This document shows positions 55,478 to 63,336 of a DNA stretch of 63,936 nucleotides, in pieces (positions within the stretch are counted from its first letter, which is position 1; each line of letters starts with the position of its first letter). Location: positions 1-63,936 of IMG/VR virus record IMGVR_UViG_3300042541_000539. The stretch is one strand, 5' to 3'. A program made the position numbers and the translations under genes. The notes below the pieces were generated by a model that worked only from the letters and a program-made list of their open reading frames with translations, searched no databases and was not told the DNA's origin. Source of the stretch: a virus. Taxonomy: Duplodnaviria > Caudoviricetes.

Positions 55478-56212
55478 TTAGTTAAGGGTTTTAGTAATTA
55501 GAAATTGTTGAGGATCAAAATCCTCTGTTTTATAAAATAAATCGTATGCTTCAACTGCTCGCATAACTTTGTCTTCGCCTGTTTGTAAAAATTTATCTGA
55601 ACAATCAAATATACCTATCTGATGCGTTCCTTTATCTATTGCCATAAAAATCATATCATATCCAAACAACTTCTTATAAATATATGCTTGACTATCATAA
55701 TTGTATTTCTTAGCTGAATAAGCAAAGTCCGCAATGTTAGATGTTGTTTTAAGATCTACAATCAATCCTTCGTCGTGGTTTAATATATCTGCTTTGCCTT
55801 TCCACATTGTACCAAATAATTCTACAATGCCAGGAACTTCATAGTCTACATTAAAACCGCGGATAAGATCTTTGCATATATTATTGGCGAGCATCGTATC
55901 TTTCATTAGTTCAATTCGGTCAGCTTCGTGTTGCAGCAGACATATTTCACCTCCAGATGCTTCTTTATATATATTAGTATTTCTAGTGGATGCTTTAATA
56001 ATTTTGTACTTGTGTAGTTTATCAGGTTCAAGAATGGCGGTGTGGAAATAACCGCCAATTACAAAATTAGGATTAGGATCTTGAGGAGCATTCATTAATG
56101 CTGGATTAGTAAGCAACGCAGATATATTTGAGTTACTTAAAAAGTTTTTACCAAACTCGCCATAATAATGCTCATCATTTTTTAACTTCTCTATTATTTC
56201 TTCTTTAGTCAT
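55478..56212 (-). CDS. PD-(D/E)XK exonuclease (RecE/ExoVIII-like)
   Basis: LSNS, FHTAILEP, KGKAD, IVDLKTT, YDSQAYIY. Confidence 0.85.
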   Translation of the reverse strand: MTKEEIIEKLKNDEHYYGEFGKNFLSNSNISALLTNPALMNAPQDPNPNFVIGGYFHTAILEPDKLHKYKIIKASTRNTNIYKEASGGEICLLQHEADRIELMKDTMLANNICKDLIRGFNVDYEVPGIVELFGTMWKGKADILNHDEGLIVDLKTTSNIADFAYSAKKYNYDSQAYIYKKLFGYDMIFMAIDKGTHQIGIFDCSDKFLQTGEDKVMRAVEAYDLFYKTEDFDPQQFLITKTLN

Positions 56213-56213
56213 A

Positions 56214-56774
56214 TTAGAGTTTAGCTAGTATTACTTCAGCTTCTGGAGATAATTCGTACTTAGCTTTAATTGTATCAAGTTTACCACCGTTTACTACAAA
56301 TTGCATTGCTTTATCAAAGGCTGCGTCGTTTGGCGTTAATTGAGCTTTAGCAACAGGTTCTGCTTTACCATGATCCGCATCTTGAGTATCATCGATTAAG
56401 AATAGATTACCTAATGCATACTTTTTACCATAACTTGATGCTGATCCAAACTTCTGTGGCATTTGCATACCTTTTTGATCAAGGTCAACGCCGACGATTG
56501 CAGTAGCGTGTATAGCACCAGACGCATCCGATATTGTAGCAATACTACGCATTATAGGGAATAATTGATTTGATTCAATTAGTTCTTCTGTAACAACTAC
56601 TGATACATTATATTTTGTTAAGTAAGGCTTAACAGCTTCTAGTAGATCTTCTGCCGATCTAAAATTGTACTTACCAAAACTATTAAATCTACTTTTCTTA
56701 GCCTTCATTTCTACTTGAATAAGAGCTAACTTTTCATTTAACGTTGGTTCTTTAATTACTTCTTTTTTTTCCAT
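56214..56774 (-). CDS. ERF-family single-strand annealing protein
   Basis: FGKYNFRSAED...GSASSYGKKYAL. Confidence 0.88.
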   Translation of the reverse strand: MEKKEVIKEPTLNEKLALIQVEMKAKKSRFNSFGKYNFRSAEDLLEAVKPYLTKYNVSVVVTEELIESNQLFPIMRSIATISDASGAIHATAIVGVDLDQKGMQMPQKFGSASSYGKKYALGNLFLIDDTQDADHGKAEPVAKAQLTPNDAAFDKAMQFVVNGGKLDTIKAKYELSPEAEVILAKL

Positions 56775-56867
56775 ATAATTTGATTTAATTGTTTAGTTTA
56801 TATATTAATATAATTACGTGTTTTGTCAACTATTTAGTTCCTTTTAGTTGACATTTTTTATTTTAAC

Positions 56868-57650
56868 CTATAGGTAATCAAAGACTTGAGAGGGGTCTAC
56901 ACTATTGATTAATGTTTGTATTGCTTGCTTTTTTATCTCTGAAATTCTAACATAAGAGCTTGCTCCTTCAAGACCTAGATAGTCTGCTATTTCATTTGCG
57001 GAATGTTTGCCACAATCTAATCCGTAACTTAATCGTAACACATCGGATTCTGTAACTGTTAAATATTTCTGAAACAAACTTAATAAATAAGCATTCATAA
57101 TATCTATATTGTACTCTTTAGATTTATCTTCAAAAATATTGCTCTCAAAATAAGTTGTTCCATCAAAGAAGTTAGTATCGGAACTATCAAAATCTACATC
57201 TAAACTTTGAAATACGCTATTAAAGAACATTTCTACCATTTTAGTATTATCAGGATCTTTACGCATCTCAGTTAACTTATACTCTGGAATACGTATACTA
57301 CCCCTGTTAATGTCTATTGCTCGTCTAATAGCGCCTTTAATTCTTTTAGATAGGAATGATTTTAATGTTGATTCTTGATTATCACTGTCTTTAATTGTAT
57401 CCCATTCTATTTTATCAATTGCTTGAACAAGACCTATTGAGCCATATTGTGTAAGATCTGTAATATCTAGAACCCCACATGCTTGTGTAGTAGTAGAAAA
57501 CTTTCTAGCAATATTCTCGACTAACGGCAGGAATTTAACAATTAGCTTATCTCTAGAATATGAACGAAAGTCATTTGATACACTATCTTTATTTGATTCT
57601 TTAACGTCTTCTTTGTACCTTATGTAATTGGGTAGATTGTAACTTTTCAT
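56868..57650 (-). CDS. sigma-70-family sigma factor
   Basis: LPLVENIARKF, DLTQYGSIGL, RIKGAI, IRIP, region-4 HTH ANEIADYLG. Confidence 0.88.
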   Translation of the reverse strand: MKSYNLPNYIRYKEDVKESNKDSVSNDFRSYSRDKLIVKFLPLVENIARKFSTTTQACGVLDITDLTQYGSIGLVQAIDKIEWDTIKDSDNQESTLKSFLSKRIKGAIRRAIDINRGSIRIPEYKLTEMRKDPDNTKMVEMFFNSVFQSLDVDFDSSDTNFFDGTTYFESNIFEDKSKEYNIDIMNAYLLSLFQKYLTVTESDVLRLSYGLDCGKHSANEIADYLGLEGASSYVRISEIKKQAIQTLINSVDPSQVFDYL

Positions 57651-57796
57651 AAATTTTTGATTATGGTTTTTTTATCTATATATATATCTAATAGTTTTTT
57701 TAGTAAAGTATCTTTTTCAAGTTTATCGTATGAAAAATAATTTATATCAATCCATTCAACAAATTCTTTAATGGCTTTAAGTTCTTTTAGTGTCAT
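57647..57796 (-). CDS. 49-aa hypothetical protein (not in the ORF track)
   Basis: MTLKELKAIKEFVEWID...; ATGA overlaps at both ends. Confidence 0.65.
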   Translation of the reverse strand: MTLKELKAIKEFVEWIDINYFSYDKLEKDTLLKKLLDIYIDKKTIIKNL

Positions 57797-58416
57797 AAAT
57801 TTTGGTTTAGGATTTCTTTTTCTTTTTTTAGTTCATTACTCATGTTGCGATGTATTGTTCTTGTGGTACAATCAAAGTGTTCAGCAAGGGCTTTAATAGT
57901 TATTTTTTTACCAAGATCATTTGTGTATAGCATGGCATCGTAAATATCTGACTCAGTAACTTTCTTAGTTTTACCAATCATCTGCCCTACTATAGATAAC
58001 TTCTCAGTAAGACTTAAACCGCTATTGTCCTTAAATATAATCTTCCTAGATTTATTATGAGGAGGTGATTCAAGATCTTGTAAAGATACATCGTACATCA
58101 TGCTCTGTAGTAATTGCTCACTAACATTGAATGTTACAAAACCATTATCTTTATTACATATATGCCGCACAGTTGTTTCAAACTCATTCTGGTCCATGTT
58201 TTGATTAAGATACCATATAACATACAAATGCCATTTCAATGCTTTATATGTTGGTATTTTAGCCTTGCTTCTAAATAGCTCATAACATTCTGTTGTACCA
58301 TCTTCGTAGAAGTTACCCCATTCAAATTCAGCAGTTGGTTTATCATTAATCGGTGCTCGTCGGTATATCACTCGTCTTTTGTTTAAATATTCTAGGTTAC
58401 GTTCTCTGTATGACAT
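57793..58416 (-). CDS. HTH DNA-binding protein (regulator or replication-initiator candidate)
   Basis: C-terminal TIKALAEHFDCTTRTIHRNM; start codon lies inside inverted-repeat copy 4. Confidence 0.7.
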   Translation of the reverse strand: MSYRERNLEYLNKRRVIYRRAPINDKPTAEFEWGNFYEDGTTECYELFRSKAKIPTYKALKWHLYVIWYLNQNMDQNEFETTVRHICNKDNGFVTFNVSEQLLQSMMYDVSLQDLESPPHNKSRKIIFKDNSGLSLTEKLSIVGQMIGKTKKVTESDIYDAMLYTNDLGKKITIKALAEHFDCTTRTIHRNMSNELKKEKEILNQNL

Positions 58417-58454
58417 TAGCTTGCTATTTTATTATATTAAGGACCTAACGTCAC
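58410..58454. repeat. spaced inverted repeat, copy 4 (ATGACATTAGC-N23-CCTAACGTCAC)
   Basis: Overlaps the ATG of the HTH gene. Confidence 0.8.
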
Positions 58455-58521
58455 ACTTTTAAGGCAACACTCTACTAATTGTTTTTTCCTTCGGATTTTT
58501 TAAACTACGTTATTATATGTT

Positions 58522-58557
58522 TATATTATCACAAGGCTATCGTGTTAATGCTGTAAG
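58522..58557 (-). promoter_or_regulatory. early promoter motif
   Basis: tatattatca-N8-tcgt-N8-tgtaag. Confidence 0.8.
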
Positions 58558-58559
58558 AC

Positions 58560-59303
58560 TTATTTCTTTTTAAATTGTTCAAATAAATTTTTAACTCCTT
58601 TGGAATGTGCTAATAAACTATGTTTAAATATAAACTCTCCAAATGCTATCATATCTTCCTCACTATAACTTCTTTCTTGTTGCCATTTAGCACCATCATT
58701 AAGCCCATTAGCATAGGCGTTTAAATCAATTCTATTGTCAACATCTGCTTTTTTCAATAATACTTCTTCAAGTGTTTCTTTTTTAGGAGTATCATCAACC
58801 ATTCTTTTACCCCAAGTTTCAGGATTACCTATTGGAGAATCATCATTGTCAAATCTTTCAGAGTATTTTTCAAGTCTTTGTTTAGGTTCTTCTTTTGGAA
58901 TGATGATTTTGTATTCAAATCTCCATTCATCACGAAGTCTTGTTTTAAATTTAAAAATTTCAACCTCCTCACAACTTGGATTCTTTACAAACCATTCTAA
59001 GAACTCATCATCAATAGATTGTACACCATCTTTGATTAGGTCCTGGTCTGTTGTTAGGATAACTTTTTGACAACCTTTATGTGGTGTATATTCTGCCTTG
59101 AAAATCATATTACAATCTGGTTTCCAAAAGTAATCTCCTTCTTTAATTTCTTCTGAATTAGTGATGTAGGTGTTTTGGGGGTCAAACCCTTCTTCAAAAC
59201 AACCTTCTAAATCAGTAAATGGGTCAAGTATAAAACGTCCTTTAAATCTACATTTAAATAACCTACTTGGTTTATCTGTTGGTAATACGTGTATGTTTTT
59301 CAT
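58560..59303 (-). CDS. mosaic hypothetical protein
   Basis: YITNSEEIKEGD, ILTTDQDLIKDGVQ and GAKWQQERSYSEED modules typical of Bacteroidota phages. Confidence 0.75.
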   Translation of the reverse strand: MKNIHVLPTDKPSRLFKCRFKGRFILDPFTDLEGCFEEGFDPQNTYITNSEEIKEGDYFWKPDCNMIFKAEYTPHKGCQKVILTTDQDLIKDGVQSIDDEFLEWFVKNPSCEEVEIFKFKTRLRDEWRFEYKIIIPKEEPKQRLEKYSERFDNDDSPIGNPETWGKRMVDDTPKKETLEEVLLKKADVDNRIDLNAYANGLNDGAKWQQERSYSEEDMIAFGEFIFKHSLLAHSKGVKNLFEQFKKK

Positions 59304-59626
59304 AATAGTATAGTTATTTTGCGTGTTTCACAACCCATTTTATGAACACCATCTGTTTGATGGCAATACTTACAATAATCTTCTTGAACGCATTTAGGGT
59401 ATGTGCAATAATCTAGATTGCATATTTCTCCGTCGCGTTTAACTCCTCCTAATTTACACTTAGTAGAATCTTTAGAGTTAGGCCAAAAATGAGAACAGTT
59501 TACTTCATCTTCTTCCGGGGAAAAATCCGCATAAGATTGCATGAACTTACTAGGTGTTGCGGTAAACCTATGACAATATTCTTTCGATGGGCATAGTGCA
59601 TTAGAGCACATAGAAATATCAGGCAT
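59300..59626 (-). CDS. Cys-rich hypothetical protein
   Basis: MPDISMC...CP..EYCHRFTA plus further Cys clusters. Confidence 0.75.
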   Translation of the reverse strand: MPDISMCSNALCPSKEYCHRFTATPSKFMQSYADFSPEEDEVNCSHFWPNSKDSTKCKLGGVKRDGEICNLDYCTYPKCVQEDYCKYCHQTDGVHKMGCETRKITILL

Positions 59627-59834
59627 ATTGGTCTAAGTCTATTAATATGTTACCTTCTGTGTCTAACACTTCATGAAAAATAAATGCCTCTGCAGTACGA
59701 CCGTAGGATCCTTGCAACTTCCATGCAACACCAGTTTTTACCATTTCAGAATACATTTCAATTATTCCTTTGTCGTTTAGTTCGCCGGATTCGTATTCCA
59801 TTATTTGATCTAAAAAATCTTTTGTTTGTTTCAT
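59619..59834 (-). CDS. conserved small phage protein
   Basis: IMEYESGEL...AWKLQGSYGRTA; start revised to MKQTKD. Confidence 0.75.
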   Translation of the reverse strand: MKQTKDFLDQIMEYESGELNDKGIIEMYSEMVKTGVAWKLQGSYGRTAEAFIFHEVLDTEGNILIDLDQYA

Positions 59835-59838
59835 AATT

Positions 59839-60036
59839 TTATTTATTAAATTTTTCGTTGTAATATTCTTCTCCACTTCTATCTAATTCTTCATCCCAAC
59901 CAGAAAAATATGCTTTACTTATCTGTTGCTTTTCCATTTCTTTAGCATTATGAAATACTGCTTCATTATACTCAACATCTTCATTTGATATTGGATTATC
60001 TAATAGGTTTTTATACAACCACTCTACTGCTGTCAT
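59839..60036 (-). CDS. hypothetical protein
   Basis: TAVEWL...AKEMEKQQI pattern. Confidence 0.75.
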   Translation of the reverse strand: MTAVEWLYKNLLDNPISNEDVEYNEAVFHNAKEMEKQQISKAYFSGWDEELDRSGEEYYNEKFNK

Positions 60037-60230
60037 AATTTATTATCTTTTTCTATTAAACTTAATATATAACTGTATACCTCGGCATTGAATTTATCTA
60101 ATTCATTTAATTGTACTTGGCGATCTGGATCAAGTTTCCAATACAAATCGGTGTTTTTAACGTCTAAATTAGCCACAAATAAGCTTGACTCTATTCTTTC
60201 TCTTGCTGCTGTTTTTATTCTGTCTGTCAT
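60033..60230 (-). CDS. hypothetical protein
   Basis: Start revised to MTDRIK (ATGA overlap). Confidence 0.65.
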   Translation of the reverse strand: MTDRIKTAARERIESSLFVANLDVKNTDLYWKLDPDRQVQLNELDKFNAEVYSYILSLIEKDNKL

Positions 60231-60451
60231 AGTTGCTCTATTTCTTGTTTTACTTCTTCCCAATATTCAATAGTCAAATCTGTGTATATTTTAGTATCAA
60301 TTACCACATTATGATTATGATATAATTTACACATATTAATCATCTCATTAACTGCTATTAGAGCGCATTGTCTTGAAAAACTAACGGTGCACATAGGTAT
60401 TAGTCTATAATATAATAACATTAACTCTCTTGCTTTATTGTCCGCGTCCAT
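60227..60451 (-). CDS. hypothetical protein
   Basis: KAREL...QCALIAVNEM...YWEEVKQEIE pattern. Confidence 0.75.
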   Translation of the reverse strand: MDADNKARELMLLYYRLIPMCTVSFSRQCALIAVNEMINMCKLYHNHNVVIDTKIYTDLTIEYWEEVKQEIEQL

Positions 60452-60452
60452 A

Positions 60453-61034
60453 TTAAAAATTGTTTTTTACTGAATTCCATATAATTGCTTGATACTCAAA
60501 ACCTTTTAAGCCTTTAGCTTCTGCTTTGGCTATGGTTAATAATCTAATTTGATCGTATGCACGTCTACCCGGAGAACTTTTAATTGTTTTACCAAAGCAT
60601 GCACGCAAATGCCACACGTCAATTGTAACGTTGCTTTCATCTAAGTGGGCAATGTTTTTTACAAAGTTAAATGTTTTTAAGCTATCATCAGTTATTTTAG
60701 CTTGTTTTTTACCTAATAAGAACGCTTTGCGCTTATTTTTATGGAACGTACAAACTTTAACATCATCAGGCGAACGATTTTCGTGTATAGCACCTAATAC
60801 CGTTACGGTATCTTTGATGTTTTGGGGCCATTTGTTTCGTGGTGACAATGCACTAATAATACTTGCAACAACTTCCGTTGTAGTATTGTATTGCTTAGCT
60901 AGATCCTTACAAATATAATGCGCTTGCTTATACCATGCGATACCATTGTCAATGTCTCGGTCAGTGGCTAACGCAAAGTAATTGTCTAGATTATTGTTTA
61001 CCTCTATTAATTGATCGTCTGTTAATTGTTTCAT
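60453..61034 (-). CDS. HhH-GPD glycosylase-like protein
   Basis: AWY...ALSPRNKW..N...KTFNF...VTIDVW...QAIIW. Confidence 0.55.
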   Translation of the reverse strand: MKQLTDDQLIEVNNNLDNYFALATDRDIDNGIAWYKQAHYICKDLAKQYNTTTEVVASIISALSPRNKWPQNIKDTVTVLGAIHENRSPDDVKVCTFHKNKRKAFLLGKKQAKITDDSLKTFNFVKNIAHLDESNVTIDVWHLRACFGKTIKSSPGRRAYDQIRLLTIAKAEAKGLKGFEYQAIIWNSVKNNF

Positions 61035-61051
61035 AGTTGTTGTTTTACAAT

Positions 61052-61087
61052 TATATTATCATTATTTAATCGTGTTTAGACCGTAAG
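61052..61087 (-). promoter_or_regulatory. early promoter motif
   Basis: tatattatca-N8-tcgt-N8-cgtaag. Confidence 0.8.
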
Positions 61088-61202
61088 CAATTAATTTTTT
61101 ATTGTGCTTATGTAAACGATTACCTTCACATACTGGGCATCCGCCATTATTTCTGCAATACTTGGCTACCACTTTTTTTGCTTTTTTAATTGTTCTACTC
61201 AT
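61062..61202 (-). CDS. 46-aa basic Cys/His peptide (not in the ORF track)
   Basis: MSRTIKKAKKVVAKYCRNNGGCPVCEGNRLHKHNKK... Confidence 0.65.
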   Translation of the reverse strand: MSRTIKKAKKVVAKYCRNNGGCPVCEGNRLHKHNKKLIAYGLNTIK

Positions 61203-61216
61203 AATGTTTAATTTAG

Positions 61217-61282
61217 TAGTCAGGTAAGGACTCGAACCTTATCCGCTTTATCAGTGCGGTGCTTCCATTCAGCTACCTGACT
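61217..61282 (-). tRNA. truncated tRNA-Ile(GAT)-like RNA, 66 nt
   Basis: AGTCAGG/CCTGACT acceptor, loop CTGATAA, T-arm TAAGG-TTCGAGT-CCTTA; 1-nt variable region. Confidence 0.65.
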
Positions 61283-61320
61283 TATAATTAAATTTTTCAA
61301 AGTTACTGACTAATCTTGTA

Positions 61321-61560
61321 TTGCTACTATAGTAACGGACTTTATTAATTTAACTACTTGCTGAGAACTCATTTGTGTTGTGTGGAGATTAAACTTACCC
61401 TACAAGTAGTCTTTAATTTTCCCACCTACCAAACTCTATTCCTTTCTCAAGGGAACAACACATCTACCATTACTGATAGTATCTTTATGTAAACAGACTA
61501 CTATAGCCAAGTCTTTTAACGCAGACCTCATTAAGGCAGGCTTTTTGTTTACAAAGGTAT
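61321..61560 (-). ncRNA. candidate structured ncRNA (RNA-C) with a double pseudoknot
   Basis: TGTGTTG/CAACACA, TGAGAA/TTCTCA, ACTACTTG/CAAGTAGT and GTAAACA/TGTTTAC pairings. Confidence 0.6.
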
Positions 61561-61577
61561 TCAATGTTTAACCTTGT

Positions 61578-61637
61578 TGGAACTAGAGGGGGATTCGAAC
61601 CCCCTTAACCCGTCGGCCGCTTGCCCAGCGCTAGTTC
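61578..61637 (-). ncRNA. mini tRNA-like element (about 60 nt)
   Basis: GAACTAG/CTAGTTC, CGCT/AGCG, GGGGG-TTCGAAT-CCCCC; vestigial anticodon arm. Confidence 0.7.
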
Positions 61638-61640
61638 TTA

Positions 61641-61925
61641 GTTGATCCGCAAGCCGGTTACTACTTTATTTGCGTTTCGATTACAACCAACCATCACTGC
61701 TTGGACAATGTTTACGTAATCCCGAAATAATCAACATGCTGCTGTGTCTTTTAATTCTGCCGCAGCGTGTGCAAGAACCGACCGGGGACGCCCCGATCCC
61801 ATTAACCATTTGCTCCCAGGAATGCCTGCCCGCTTTGTTACCTGCTAGCTTAGGCGCGTTCTTCGTCTCAAATGGGTTTGCCACTTCTCGTTTAGCTTTA
61901 ACGAGCAATCACGCCGTGGCTCGCT
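61641..61925 (-). ncRNA. candidate GC-rich structured ncRNA (RNA-B)
   Basis: Visibly GC-richer than the genome; GCCAC/GTGGC, CCATTTG/CAAATGG, GATCGGGG/CCCCGGTC, GATTAC/GTAATC, GTTGAT/ATCAAC. Confidence 0.6.
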
Positions 61926-61940
61926 GTTTTGTGTATAGCA

Positions 61941-62165
61941 CTACGCTTTCTTGAATCGATAGAAAGCTAAAACGTATTTGTTAAGGAATTTACCTTTAGA
62001 TGGCGCTTCACGTAAACCATTCATTACATGGTTAGGCACGTTAAAGTACTCATACTCTCTGCCGTTCTTAAATAGAACAAACAATTTTTCTACGTTTGGA
62101 TAGTAAGACACTTCTGAAATAGCACTACTGTCAACCTCTAATTTCTCGATTAGATTTACATTCAT
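61941..62165 (-). CDS. KTSC domain protein
   Basis: SSAISEVSY...LFVLFKNGREYEYFNVP...APSKGKFLN. Confidence 0.88.
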   Translation of the reverse strand: MNVNLIEKLEVDSSAISEVSYYPNVEKLFVLFKNGREYEYFNVPNHVMNGLREAPSKGKFLNKYVLAFYRFKKA

Positions 62166-62171
62166 ATATAA

Positions 62172-62609
62172 TTAATTTAATTGGTTACTTACTAATTGTC
62201 TAGCAGCCTGTTTAGCGTACTCTGATTTCTGCGCTTCAGTACCCGCTGTTTGTGGCGAAGGTAAATATATATTACGTTCATTGTTACAATCATAGATACA
62301 CTTTTGATTGTTAATAATGCCGGTATAAATAGCACGTTCAAGATCTTGTAGGTGTACAGATACGTCTAAGTAAACAATATCGTTATTTAGCCAGCCACCT
62401 AAGTATCTTGTTTCGCCCCATAGATTATCCATGTTCTTAAGCATAAAGGCTTTAATGGTTTGATTAGATACTTTATTTACATTGAATTGTTCTTCAAAGC
62501 CTAGTATACTAACCATATAGCCATCGCTAGGGTTTGCTTTGCCAGTATTTAGATTATAACTTACACCGCCTTCTAAAATAATTTCGTCTAATACTTTCTT
62601 TAAGTTCAT
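62172..62609 (-). CDS. conserved phage protein, possible SAM-lyase-like fold
   Basis: GYMVS...LGGW...YLDVS...NNQKCIYD. Confidence 0.55.
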   Translation of the reverse strand: MNLKKVLDEIILEGGVSYNLNTGKANPSDGYMVSILGFEEQFNVNKVSNQTIKAFMLKNMDNLWGETRYLGGWLNNDIVYLDVSVHLQDLERAIYTGIINNQKCIYDCNNERNIYLPSPQTAGTEAQKSEYAKQAARQLVSNQLN

Positions 62610-62629
62610 ATTTATATATTTAAAGTTAA

Positions 62630-62875
62630 TTAATCTAATAATTCCATGTAAGCATTACTGTTTACTTCCGCGAACCAATATCTAGCGCGATCAAAATCTT
62701 TATGGTATTTACCACTATAAGCACAGCCTATAATAAAATCATATATACTTAATTCTATACTATTTAATTCAGCACTTGCTCTAGAGAATGGATTTGTAAC
62801 AATGCCTCCAGCAGGATATATTTCGCCAGTAAACCACTTAGGTACTTCAGTATTACTATTTTTTATTTTAGCCAT
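62630..62875 (-). CDS. conserved hypothetical protein
   Basis: PKWFTG...VTNPFS...AYMELLD. Confidence 0.75.
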   Translation of the reverse strand: MAKIKNSNTEVPKWFTGEIYPAGGIVTNPFSRASAELNSIELSIYDFIIGCAYSGKYHKDFDRARYWFAEVNSNAYMELLD

Positions 62876-62876
62876 A

Positions 62877-63275
62877 TTATTCAGGATTAGCGATTATAAA
62901 TTTACCAAAGTGAGTTTGAAATTGATCAAGTAATATATCGTGAAGTTCTTCAGTTATATTATCTGTAAGCACGTCAATATTTTCAATCTCAATTTTATTT
63001 TCATAACTAATACTGAACTCAGCAGAACCGGTATCGTATACTTCAATATTGCCATTACATATAGATCGTTCAAGATTTAGGTTAACATCAGAAGCAAATG
63101 CTTGAAATTGATCCTCGGTTAAGCCAACGGTAGGTTTTAATTCGCTTGCTTCGTTTAGCACTTGAGTTCGTAATGTTACAAGTAAAGATACTACATCATC
63201 TTTGGTATAGATACTTGGGAATGCATCATTTACTCTAACTACTTCTTGTTCAAATAGGTCATTTATTTTATCCAT
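62877..63275 (-). CDS. acidic hypothetical protein
   Basis: SIYTKDDV...AEFSISYENKIEI. Confidence 0.75.
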   Translation of the reverse strand: MDKINDLFEQEVVRVNDAFPSIYTKDDVVSLLVTLRTQVLNEASELKPTVGLTEDQFQAFASDVNLNLERSICNGNIEVYDTGSAEFSISYENKIEIENIDVLTDNITEELHDILLDQFQTHFGKFIIANPE

Positions 63276-63300
63276 TTTATTAAATTTTATTGGTTACATT

Positions 63301-63336
63301 TATATTATCATTTATGCATCGTATTCAGACTGTAAG
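63301..63336 (-). promoter_or_regulatory. early promoter motif
   Basis: tatattatca-N8-tcgt-N8-tgtaag, overlapping the 3' end of the upstream gene. Confidence 0.8.

Noticed and set aside
6169-59070. Many antisense or nested ORFs in the track (for example 6431-6937, 29623-30057, 40508-41023, 48733-49371)
   Set aside because: Shadows of well-supported genes on the other strand or frame, with no motifs
61180-61216. Theta (HDV-like) ribozymes after the tRNA-like elements
   Set aside because: The 3' trailers are AT-rich and lead into an ORF, promoter or RNA-C with no HDV-like fold visible
61681-61954. ORFs 61681-61908 (-) and 61670-61954 (+)
   Set aside because: Non-ATG starts, GC-rich codons unlike the genome, extensive pairing better explained by RNA structure
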